14,665 nt of DNA from Pseudobacteriovorax sp. (GCA_050293845.1 JBNKNM010000135.1:1-14665); one strand, 5' to 3'. Positions 1 through 7,771 are shown, numbered from the stretch's first letter. Translations and numbers: made by a program. Notes: generated from the letters alone by a model not told the origin.

Positions 1-437
1 CTTTGACGCTCCGTCCTCCCTCTTAGTATTTGGGGGACTTTTTTATTTAATTTCATGGATTTGACGCTCCGTCCTCCCTCTTTTCTCCCTCTTTCTCCGT
101 CCTCCCTCTTATATTTAATTTCATGGCTTTGACGCTCCGTCCTCCCTCTTATGACGCTCCGTCCTCTCTCTTCTCTCTCTTCGTCCTCTCTCTTCTTTCG
201 TCCTCTCACTTCTAAGGCTTTGACGCTCCGTCCTCTCTCTTCCTCTCTTCTAAGGCTTTGACGCTCCGTCCTCTCTCTTTCTCTCTTTTCTCCCTATTTC
301 TCTCTCTTCTTTCTCTCTCTTCTTTTTCTCTCTTCTCTCTCTTCGTTCTCTCTTTCTCTTCTTGACGCTCCGTCCTCCCTCTTTTTCCCTCTTTTTTCTC
401 TTCTTGACGCTCCGTCCTCCCTCTTTCTCCCTCTTTC
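1..437. repeat. Irregular direct-repeat array of (CTT)TGACGCTCCGTCCTC(C/T)CTCTT units interspersed with truncated copies and CT-rich sequence; may continue upstream of the window
   Basis: TGACGCTCCGTCCTC starts at 4, 62, 130, 152, 221, 259, 363 and 405 (8 copies, same orientation, spacings 58/68/22/69/38/104/42). Partial copies lie at about 95, 182 and 199. Each unit contains the mini inverted repeat GACG-CTC-CGTC. Confidence 0.92.
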
Positions 438-547
438 CTGCAATTATATATTTACTAGGCTATGGTTTTAAAAACGTTGAAAAACGCTAGTTCTCATAAA
501 AACGAAGATACCACAAACGTACAGCGTCAAGCTAGATAGGGAAGGGA

Positions 548-991
548 CTATGAACTAGGCCGACTTGCGATATAAGCTATAACGATAAGGCCGATGATAC
601 CAACCACTATCTTTACCGCCATGAGGGGTATAAAAAATACTACACTCGGGGGGAAGGTTAATAAGATAGTGATAATGGCAATGATCTTATTTTTTTTATC
701 AATAGAACCACGCTCTTTCCAATTTCTCAGGGGGGGCCCCATATAGGGATGGTTCATGATCCAATTATAGAACCGGATAGATGACCGAGCATACAAAGCT
801 GCAGCCAGCAGTACAAACGGAGTCGTTGGTAAAAGGGGAAGAAAAATCCCTATGACTCCTACCAGGAGCAATAAACCACTCAATAACACCATGAAAACCC
901 GCATAGGTTTTGAAGGTACGAGTTTGACTTCATGACTGTAGTCGATCATTGGTGATTGTCTCTTTTTCTTCAAAAGTATCTCTAAGCTCAT
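548..991 (-). CDS. ybaN: YbaN / DUF454 family inner membrane protein (true start may be ATG at 949)
   Basis: Family signature GVIGIFLPLLPTTPFVLLAAALYARSS.RFYNW..NHP..GP.LRNW plus hydrophobic C-terminal helices. Confidence 0.9.
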   Translation of the reverse strand: MSLEILLKKKRQSPMIDYSHEVKLVPSKPMRVFMVLLSGLLLLVGVIGIFLPLLPTTPFVLLAAALYARSSIRFYNWIMNHPYMGPPLRNWKERGSIDKKNKIIAIITILLTFPPSVVFFIPLMAVKIVVGIIGLIVIAYIASRPSS

Positions 992-1249
992 AATAAAATG
1001 AATATCCTCTCACACCTTACCTGTGAAATACTACTCATAATATGTAATAAACGCAATAACTGTTCCAAGATCTGATCGAGACAGTGCAGTACAAGTAATA
1101 ATTGTAAACACAACACAATAGTTCACGAAAATTGGAAGTAAATTTAGCTCCCTCCCCTATCGTATTAAAGTATTTCGCGTCTCCAACACTCTATAATTTC
1201 AGGGCTTTAAAGTGCAAAAAAAAATTTACCCACAGTTGAAGAAAATCAC

Positions 1250-1276
1250 TAATGAAATCTCCTATCCAGCCGAGTG
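1250..1276 (+). promoter_or_regulatory. Possible sigma-28 (FliA)-type promoter for the peroxidase/cupredoxin operon
   Basis: TAAT(1250-1253)-N15-GCCGAGTG(1269-1276) compared with consensus TAAA-N15-GCCGATAA. It is followed by RBS GAGG (1294-1297) and ATG 1306. Confidence 0.35.
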
Positions 1277-1305
1277 TATGGATTACATAGACTGAGGAAG
1301 AAATC

Positions 1306-2307
1306 ATGTTCATTCGTTTACTCGCTATCATCTTTGCTCTTATAGTTTTCGACTCCGCGTATAGCTATGATTTAGTAAAACTTAAAAAAGAATATCAGCG
1401 ACCAGGCAGCATTCCTAATCCAGAAGATAACAGCTATTCTAAAGCCAAGTATGACTTAGGCTGGAAGCTTTTCTTTGATCCCAGGTTATCTCGCTCAAAC
1501 TTTATTTCCTGTGCTACCTGCCACAACCCAGGCTTTGCATGGGGTGACGGCATGACTACAGGTACAGGCCATGACATGAAAAAGCTTACACGGCGTACAC
1601 CAACCATTCTTAACCTGGCGTGGGGCGGCCCCTATATGTGGGATGGTAGGGCTGAAACATTGGAAGAGCAAGCTTTAGGACCTATACAGGCCAATGCCGA
1701 GATGAACCTACCCATGCCAAAATTATTAAACAAGTTAAAAGATATAGAAGGCTATAGCCCTCTTTTTGCCAAGGCTTTTGGTGATGAAAAGATCACTCCA
1801 AAAAGAATTGCTAAAGCTATAGCTGTTTTTGAGCGGACCATCGTATCCGGTGAAGCCCCATTCGATCGATGGATTAAAGGAAACGAAAAAGCTATCTCAT
1901 CATCGGCTAAAAAAGGTTTTGCATTATTTAATGGAAAAGCCAAATGCGCCGAATGCCATTCAGGATGGCGCTTTACCGACGATGGATTCCACGATATTGG
2001 CGTCAAATCAAACGATATCGGAAGAGCCAAAATTATTCCCGGAATCGATGTTTTGAAACATGCTTTCAAAACCCCAACTCTTCGTAATATCGCTCAACGA
2101 GCACCTTATATGCATAACGGCTCAGAAAAAAACCTAGCAACAGTCGTTGAACTTTACAATTCTGGAGGCCATATGAAGCGCCCTAATCTTTCGCCCAGTA
2201 TCAAAAAATTAAACTTAACTAAGTTGGAAAAGCAGCAACTTTTAGAATTTTTGAAAACATTAACCAGTGACGATAAACCCATAGCTGTTCCGGTTCTTCC
2301 ATTATAA
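1306..2307 (+). CDS. Periplasmic di-haem cytochrome c peroxidase, bCcP/MauG superfamily (MauG-like, predicted His/Tyr haem)
   Basis: N-terminal signal peptide; LFFDPRLS; CATCH (C69-H73) and CAECH (C214-H218); MWDGRA..LEEQA.GPI...EM; FKTPTLRN...APYMHNG; good RBS. Confidence 0.93.
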   Translation: MFIRLLAIIFALIVFDSAYSYDLVKLKKEYQRPGSIPNPEDNSYSKAKYDLGWKLFFDPRLSRSNFISCATCHNPGFAWGDGMTTGTGHDMKKLTRRTPTILNLAWGGPYMWDGRAETLEEQALGPIQANAEMNLPMPKLLNKLKDIEGYSPLFAKAFGDEKITPKRIAKAIAVFERTIVSGEAPFDRWIKGNEKAISSSAKKGFALFNGKAKCAECHSGWRFTDDGFHDIGVKSNDIGRAKIIPGIDVLKHAFKTPTLRNIAQRAPYMHNGSEKNLATVVELYNSGGHMKRPNLSPSIKKLNLTKLEKQQLLEFLKTLTSDDKPIAVPVLPL

Positions 2308-2319
2308 GGAGTCCTTGTA

Positions 2320-2637
2320 ATGACAAATAGCACAAGTTATAAATTAATAATATTAACTCTTTTAGCCAGTTCTTATGCTCAGGCTGAGCATTTAATTGGA
2401 CAAAAGAATAAAACTTTTAGTAAAGAAAAAATTGTCATAAAAGCGGGTGAAAGCATAAAGTTTATGAATGATGACGGCGTTGCTCACAACGTATTTTCTG
2501 CTACCACCGGGAAAAAATTCAACCTTAAGATCCAAGATCCTGGAACAGAGAAAAGCATAAAATTCGAAAAAAAAGGCGAAGTCAATGTGCGTTGTGCTAT
2601 TCACCCTAAAATGAAATTAAAGGTAATAGTAGAATGA
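2320..2637 (+). CDS. Small secreted cupredoxin (amicyanin/plastocyanin-like type-1 copper protein)
   Basis: Signal peptide ending AQA; ligand motifs AHNV and CAIHPKM (His, Cys, His, Met); RBS AAGGAG; 12 nt downstream of the peroxidase. Confidence 0.88.
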   Translation: MTNSTSYKLIILTLLASSYAQAEHLIGQKNKTFSKEKIVIKAGESIKFMNDDGVAHNVFSATTGKKFNLKIQDPGTEKSIKFEKKGEVNVRCAIHPKMKLKVIVE

Positions 2638-3089
2638 AAACTTACTTAATAAATATTACGATCATAGCTCAGATAACTCTACTATTCTCTATGCCATCGT
2701 TTGCTAAACAAGCGGTAGAAATCAACCTTTCTACCAATGGTGATGATATCTCATTTGATAAAAAAGAAGTTAATGTTAAGTACGGAGATGAAATTTTTAT
2801 AACCTTCAAAAATAAGGCATCAAAAGATTCTCATATCATACACAATATTGCTATCGTAACAGTAGGAGGTCTTACCAATCTCATGAAGACTCTCCAAAAA
2901 AGCAACTATGAAATAAATTCAATAAAATCCAATAAGGACCTTATCGCCTTGTCAAAGGACCTTCCGCCCGGAGAGCAAGATACCATTCGCATCAATCCGA
3001 AAAAGCCAGGAAAATATATCTATGTCTGCCTTATGGCTGGCCATGGAGACTTGTTTGATATGACAGGCTACCTCATAGTTAAAAAATAA
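2634..3089 (+). CDS. Secreted azurin/auracyanin-like blue copper protein
   Basis: Signal peptide ending SFA; HNIAI and PGKYIYVCLMAGHGDLFDMTG (Cys-X4-His-X5-Met); ATGA overlap with the previous gene. Confidence 0.87.
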   Translation: MKTYLINITIIAQITLLFSMPSFAKQAVEINLSTNGDDISFDKKEVNVKYGDEIFITFKNKASKDSHIIHNIAIVTVGGLTNLMKTLQKSNYEINSIKSNKDLIALSKDLPPGEQDTIRINPKKPGKYIYVCLMAGHGDLFDMTGYLIVKK

Positions 3090-3110
3090 CCTATCTCGAT
3101 TCTTACCCCA

Positions 3111-3611
3111 TTATCTGAGAGCTGCGCTTTCCTCATCATCAGTAGTGGGAGTGGTCTCATCTTCTTCTATAGGTAATCCAGATTCATCGAAATTTGCTGC
3201 AATGAACGCTTCAAACTGTGCTACAAAATCAGGATCAGAATCTTCCATAATTCCTGACGGAGGCATAGCTGCGCTCCCTTCAAGCCCCTTCATAGAACCT
3301 AAAGATGCTGGGCCGACGTAGATATCTGGATCCAAGTCGGCATTGACAGCAACGAATAGGTCAGATTCGGATTCTAGTAGCGGTAAGGTTCCTCCACCAG
3401 TGGAGTGGCATGTTCCAGCTGCCGAGCAATTCGAAGTCAATTTGCTGGAAAAATCGGCAAAGGTAACAATTTCCGCATCACCCCCTTCCCGATTCAGCTG
3501 AGCGAGCTTTTCAACAGCAGAGCCTTCTTCACCACTGGGATCAAGGCAAGAACTCAATGCTAAGCCTCCTACTAAAAGTAAGCGAGCGTTATGCATTCCG
3601 ATTATTTTCAT
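3111..3611 (-). CDS. Acidic lipoprotein, putative monohaem c-type cytochrome with atypical CX5CH motif
   Basis: Lipobox LALSS-C22; VTFADFSSKLTSN-C62SAAGTC68H69; downstream M116-PP as candidate axial Met; RBS AGGGGA. The CDS is well supported and the product is inferred. Confidence 0.65.
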   Translation of the reverse strand: MKIIGMHNARLLLVGGLALSSCLDPSGEEGSAVEKLAQLNREGGDAEIVTFADFSSKLTSNCSAAGTCHSTGGGTLPLLESESDLFVAVNADLDPDIYVGPASLGSMKGLEGSAAMPPSGIMEDSDPDFVAQFEAFIAANFDESGLPIEEDETTPTTDDEESAALR

Positions 3612-3631
3612 CGTTTCAGATCCCCTAAATA

Positions 3632-4660
3632 TTATTCCTCATTTAGGTTATCGGCTGTATTGCTTAAGAACTTTACCCTTCCTGCCATAAGTTCCGAATA
3701 AATATAGTAATTTTTGCTTGTAGATAGAAATAATTTGACGATAACTGTGATAGGAGTGGCTAATAGCATTCCTGAAATTCCCCATAAAAATCCCCAAAAC
3801 ATCAGACTCAGAAGTATGGTCACCGGATGTAAGTCTAGATTCTGTCCCATCAATTTTGGTTCAATAATATTGCCGATTGAAAGTTGTATAAGCCCAGGTA
3901 CTGCTATTGTCAGTACTACAAACCAAGGATTAGTAAACTGAAGGACGGCAATAGGTATCGGCAGCAACGTTGCTATGATGGAACCAATTGTTGGTATAAA
4001 GTTCAGGAAAAAAGCCAGAAAACCAAACATAATAGCCATATCAAGATCGAGGATCACTAAGAACAAACCTGTTAAAAAGCCTGTTGCTGTAGAGGTAAAT
4101 ATCTTAGTGACTAAATAGCTACGAATATTTCGATTTACTTTTTCCAAAATACCCTTTCTAGGTAGTTCAAAAGGCTTCCCACTAAGTAAGAAGAGACAAA
4201 ATATAGCTATAAGCGTGAAGTCTGATACACTTTTGACTATCGATTGCGATGCTTTTGAAATAAATCTGAAAACAGGGATTTCCTTAATGACTGACTGAAG
4301 ATTTTCAGGCATTGCAATTGGCAAATCATATTTCTCTAAAAATTCTAATGCCACAGCAAAAAGAGCCACAACACGCTGCTCGTATTGCTGTGAGTTTTGG
4401 ACGATCTGACGAATAGAAGAACCAATACCGACTATGAAAACAAATGATAGGGCTACGGCGATAACAATTAAGAAAGTAATTGCGAACTGCCGCTTTACTT
4501 TGAGGTACTTTTCTAGCCCCGAGATTAAAGGCTGTATGGCATAAACAATAAACACTGACAGAATGAAGGGTATCATGATATTTTTAGTCAGATGTAAGGC
4601 TGTCGCAATCAGCATAAGTGCCGCTATGAGAAACACAAAGTTTTGAAATCGATTTGACAT
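3632..4660 (-). CDS. AI-2E family transporter (TqsA/PerM-like)
   Basis: Multi-TM protein with FFLNFIPTIGS, IGNIIEPKLMG..LDLHP..ILLSLMFWGFLWGISGMLLATP. Start moved from 4744 to ATG 4660 (MSNRFQ), which has an AAGGA RBS. Confidence 0.92.
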   Translation of the reverse strand: MSNRFQNFVFLIAALMLIATALHLTKNIMIPFILSVFIVYAIQPLISGLEKYLKVKRQFAITFLIVIAVALSFVFIVGIGSSIRQIVQNSQQYEQRVVALFAVALEFLEKYDLPIAMPENLQSVIKEIPVFRFISKASQSIVKSVSDFTLIAIFCLFLLSGKPFELPRKGILEKVNRNIRSYLVTKIFTSTATGFLTGLFLVILDLDMAIMFGFLAFFLNFIPTIGSIIATLLPIPIAVLQFTNPWFVVLTIAVPGLIQLSIGNIIEPKLMGQNLDLHPVTILLSLMFWGFLWGISGMLLATPITVIVKLFLSTSKNYYIYSELMAGRVKFLSNTADNLNEE

Positions 4661-4775
4661 AGAACTTTCCTTAGCAATAGCAGTTAATTCTGATTGTTTA
4701 TTTGTAGCACACCTGGGGAGATGCACTTCTGTATCTAATCTCACTCAATGATATCAAGTAGCTTGGGTCGCGAAA

Positions 4776-4816
4776 GAGCCTTATATCCACCCTTTGAAAA
4801 GGTGGGATTGCGGCTC
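4776..4816. other. Stem-loop in the putative 5' leader of the AI-2E operon
   Basis: Outer stem GAGCC(4776-4780)/GGCTC(4812-4816) and inner stem CCACC(4787-4791)/GGTGG(4801-4805) around CTTTGAAAA. Confidence 0.45.
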
Positions 4817-4843
4817 ATTATTCTAAAATTTTTCAGATTCTAA

Positions 4844-4872
4844 ATTTTACTCCTATTTATAGTTTGCGTTAA
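4844..4872 (-). promoter_or_regulatory. Possible sigma-70 promoter for the AI-2E/lipoprotein operon
   Basis: Minus strand TTAACG (4872-4867), 17-nt spacer, TAAAAT (4849-4844). Confidence 0.35.
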
Positions 4873-5190
4873 TAGGTTTTAATAAAAATAGTGGAATGTT
4901 CTATAAACTGACAAAGTGAAATCTTATGTTATCTTAGTGAATTTTTCTTAACTGTGTTTTTTTCAGTTTCGCATAAATCTTGCGTCAATAAATTTAACCT
5001 TCTATCTTATAAAATCTTAGTATCTCAGTATTAAGTAATGCATAACTCAATGATCTATTTAAATCAGCTAGTTACATCGATACAGTCCCTTCCCATCTTA
5101 GACTATCTTCTACTAACTATTTAAAACTCATTCTTAGTATTTACGAGTCAAGAAAAAATATGTTCTTACATGATATCTCGCTAACTCCCG

Positions 5191-5207
5191 CAGAACATTT
5201 TGTTCTG
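5191..5207. promoter_or_regulatory. Palindromic operator candidate upstream of the TIGR02147 gene
   Basis: Perfect inverted repeat CAGAACA-TTT-TGTTCTG about 60 nt before the likely start codon of an HTH protein. Confidence 0.45.
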
Positions 5208-5267
5208 TGTTCGCTTGCATTTCTTGCAAAAATCTATTTTATAGAAGCTAGACAAATGGAGAGCGAT

Positions 5268-6086
5268 ATGGAAGTGGCACATCAAGATTACCGTCAAATA
5301 CTAAAAGCAGAGCTTGATAATAGATGTGAGCAAAACCCAAGATATTCCTTACGCGCTTTTGCTAGAGACCTCGACCTATCCCCATCTCGGCTCAGTGAAA
5401 TTCTTAATTATAAACAAGGTGTTTCACGAAAAGCTGCTGAAAAAATAGCCTTAAATCTTGGTTACCGTGAAAATGAAATAGTATATTTTTGTGACCTAGT
5501 TTCGGTAAGACATGCGAGGAGCGTCCGCGAAAAACAGGACGCTCATTTACGACTTCTAAAAAAAGAAGTGGAGTCGGAAGAGAATAAAACATTCCAATTG
5601 CAGCTAGATGCTTTTCGAATTATTTCAGATTGGTACCACATAGGTATTCTTGAACTTATGAAGATAAAGGCTTTTCGCAGCGACCCTAAATGGATTTCGC
5701 GACGCCTCAGTACTTCTCCAATCCAAATAGAACTTGCTATTGACAGGCTCATTCGCGTAGGGCTTTTGAAAAAAAATGCTGCAAACGAATTGGAAGCGGT
5801 TGAAAATGACGGTTGGATTCCGGGAGGAATTCCCTCAGAAAGCATTCGTAAATTTCACAAACAACTACTTACTAAAGCATTAGAAGCTCTTTCCACGCAA
5901 CCTGTGAATCAGAGATATTTTCAAACCCATGTTCTGGCTTTGGATAGAGACGATGTACCCGAAGCTTCGAAAGAGATTGAACAATTTCAACACAGGTTTT
6001 GTGAAAGGTTTCAAAAGGGAGATAAGAAGGACAAGGTGTATTGCGTAGCAATGCAGCTGTTTAAAATCGCAGAGGAGGGACTATGA
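5268..6086 (+). CDS. TIGR02147 family protein (N-terminal HTH, C-terminal DUF4423-like domain), putative transcriptional regulator
   Basis: R..QNPRYSLRAFARDLDLSPSRLSEIL; FRIISDWYH..ILEL; SESIRKFHKQLL.KA.EAL; VYC..MQLF. Start moved from 5160 to ATG 5268 (RBS GGAG at 5258); ATG 5256 is an alternative. Confidence 0.88.
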   Translation: MEVAHQDYRQILKAELDNRCEQNPRYSLRAFARDLDLSPSRLSEILNYKQGVSRKAAEKIALNLGYRENEIVYFCDLVSVRHARSVREKQDAHLRLLKKEVESEENKTFQLQLDAFRIISDWYHIGILELMKIKAFRSDPKWISRRLSTSPIQIELAIDRLIRVGLLKKNAANELEAVENDGWIPGGIPSESIRKFHKQLLTKALEALSTQPVNQRYFQTHVLALDRDDVPEASKEIEQFQHRFCERFQKGDKKDKVYCVAMQLFKIAEEGL

Positions 6087-7771
6087 AAATCAGTTACATT
6101 TACTTATTGGCATTTTCGCTGCTATCCCAGTATGGGTTTAGCTCTATCCAACAGAAAGAAGAACTAGAGAGTGCTCCGGTTTCCGGATTATTGATAGCCT
6201 CAAGTATTGTTGGAGGGCAGGAGTATTCAGAACCATCGGCCTTAGGGCATTGGGGAGTGGGTAATGGTGGTGACTCGTTGCGTATTGGTTTTGCAGAAGC
6301 AAGAAAGCATGCTGCTGAAATTTTAACAAGGTTATCTATAACGGCTATTAACACTATAGAAGATCAGGAAGCTAAAACCTGGTTGCAGGCTAATAAACAA
6401 AAACTTGCCTCAGATATCCTAGCATCGGAACATATCTGGTATACAGAAGAAAAACCAACCTGTGCTTGGACCGTAATGCCAGAGAATAATGAACCAATTC
6501 CCACGGCTAAGCCCATACAACTATCTTATCCTGTTTGTCGCGATTCAATAAAAAGTTTTTATGAAGCGACTCAACTACTTATTCACGAATCCTTACATCA
6601 CTTTGGTGAAGGGGAAACCTTAGCTGACAAGGTAGCTATCGCTGTCGTAGATGCTTGGAAGGAAGGCCGTATTGAATGGATTCCAACAAACCTAACAAAT
6701 GCTCCTTCTTCAAGACAAAAGCACTCAGCAGTTTGGACGGGATCTAAAATGATCGTCTTTGGTGGCTACGATTCGGTAACAGGAACAGCTTTAGCTGATG
6801 GCGGCATTTTTGACCCTGAAGCCAACACATGGACCACTTTTTCTTTACCAGGGATTTCTGGACGATACTTTCATGATGCTCACTGGACAGGCGAAAGTAT
6901 GATTGTTTGGGGTGGTTACAGGAGCAATAGTAATGACTCCACAACATGGCAATACGACGGGTTTATTTGGACACCCAAAGATAATTCCATTCAATTGATC
7001 GCCAAACCAAGTTGGACTCCAGCCATATCAACCTGGGTTTTTGATCCACGCCAAGAAAGTATCTGGACCGGCGATAAGTTAATTGTGTGGGGAGGTATTG
7101 ACGAAGCTACAGGTCAACCCCTGGGAGGTATCTATGATCCTAAAACTGACTCTTGGTCATCCATGAATAATAGTAACGAGTATGCTCCGAAAAAGATTGC
7201 CGGACATTCATTAACATGGACTGGGGAACAACTTGTAATTTGGGGAGGCTACGAAGGAGTCTCAGGAAATGATCGAGAAATTTCAAATACAGGATCAATC
7301 TATACTCCAGCAACTAATACCTGGACGCCAGTTCCCGTCACAGAAATGACCCCAACAGCAAGGGCTGGCCATCAGGCGAGTTGGACTGGCAAGGAGCTTT
7401 TGATATTTAGTGGAGGTGGTGTCAGAAGTCAAAGAGAACTAAAGAGCACGGGAGGAAGTTTCAATCTTGACAGCCTTACTTGGAATCCCATTGGCACTGA
7501 AATGGTTATAGAACGGTTGGGACATTCGGCAACTTGGAACGGACATGAGAACTTAGTTTACGGAGGAAAATCCAACCGCTTACGAACCTATTTTAGCGAA
7601 GTCTATCGCTTTGATCCGGTTAGCAAGCGCTGGGTTGGAATCAACAGTCGCTTTACACCTGCAAGTCGCTGGTACCATACAGCAATATGGACAGGAAGCA
7701 GCCTCATTATCTGGGGCGGCAATGCTGGTACTAATGCTGACCTAAACGATGGAGGTATCTACTATCCCTAA
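6083..7771 (+). CDS. Secreted protein: N-terminal GNGGD/HExxH zincin-like domain plus C-terminal 7-repeat kelch beta-propeller
   Basis: Signal peptide; G60NGGD; LLIH168ESLHHFGE; seven R..H...W(T/N)G....(W/F/Y)GG repeats; ATGA overlap with the upstream gene. Confidence 0.85.
   Translation: MKISYIYLLAFSLLSQYGFSSIQQKEELESAPVSGLLIASSIVGGQEYSEPSALGHWGVGNGGDSLRIGFAEARKHAAEILTRLSITAINTIEDQEAKTWLQANKQKLASDILASEHIWYTEEKPTCAWTVMPENNEPIPTAKPIQLSYPVCRDSIKSFYEATQLLIHESLHHFGEGETLADKVAIAVVDAWKEGRIEWIPTNLTNAPSSRQKHSAVWTGSKMIVFGGYDSVTGTALADGGIFDPEANTWTTFSLPGISGRYFHDAHWTGESMIVWGGYRSNSNDSTTWQYDGFIWTPKDNSIQLIAKPSWTPAISTWVFDPRQESIWTGDKLIVWGGIDEATGQPLGGIYDPKTDSWSSMNNSNEYAPKKIAGHSLTWTGEQLVIWGGYEGVSGNDREISNTGSIYTPATNTWTPVPVTEMTPTARAGHQASWTGKELLIFSGGGVRSQRELKSTGGSFNLDSLTWNPIGTEMVIERLGHSATWNGHENLVYGGKSNRLRTYFSEVYRFDPVSKRWVGINSRFTPASRWYHTAIWTGSSLIIWGGNAGTNADLNDGGIYYP

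Noticed and set aside
1..437. CRISPR array
   Set aside because: Spacing is irregular (22-104 bp), the 'spacers' are fragments of the repeat or low-complexity CT, and no cas genes are in the window.
1752..2604. Alternative ORFs 1752-2069(-), 1829-2056(+) and 2392-2604(-)
   Set aside because: These are shadows of the well-supported peroxidase and cupredoxin genes, with no recognisable motifs.
4924..4994. dif/XerCD site (TTATGTTATCT at 4924; GTTTCGCATAA near 4967)
   Set aside because: The XerD-like and XerC-like arms are in the wrong order and not 6 bp apart, and each lacks a proper partner arm.
4743..5054. ACTCAATGAT direct repeat (4743 and 5045) as a target-site duplication
   Set aside because: There are no terminal inverted repeats or transposase, and a 10-mer repeat in AT-rich DNA is plausible by chance.
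5193..5212. Gram-positive (GAAC-N4-GTTC) or alphaproteobacterial (GTTC-N7-GTTC) LexA box
   Set aside because: The spacers are N5 and N3 respectively, which do not match.
3714..6947. Short ORFs 3714-3941, 5404-5592, 5543-5845, 6100-6354, 6144-6329 and 6744-6947
   Set aside because: All are antisense and nested in confident genes, with no family motifs.
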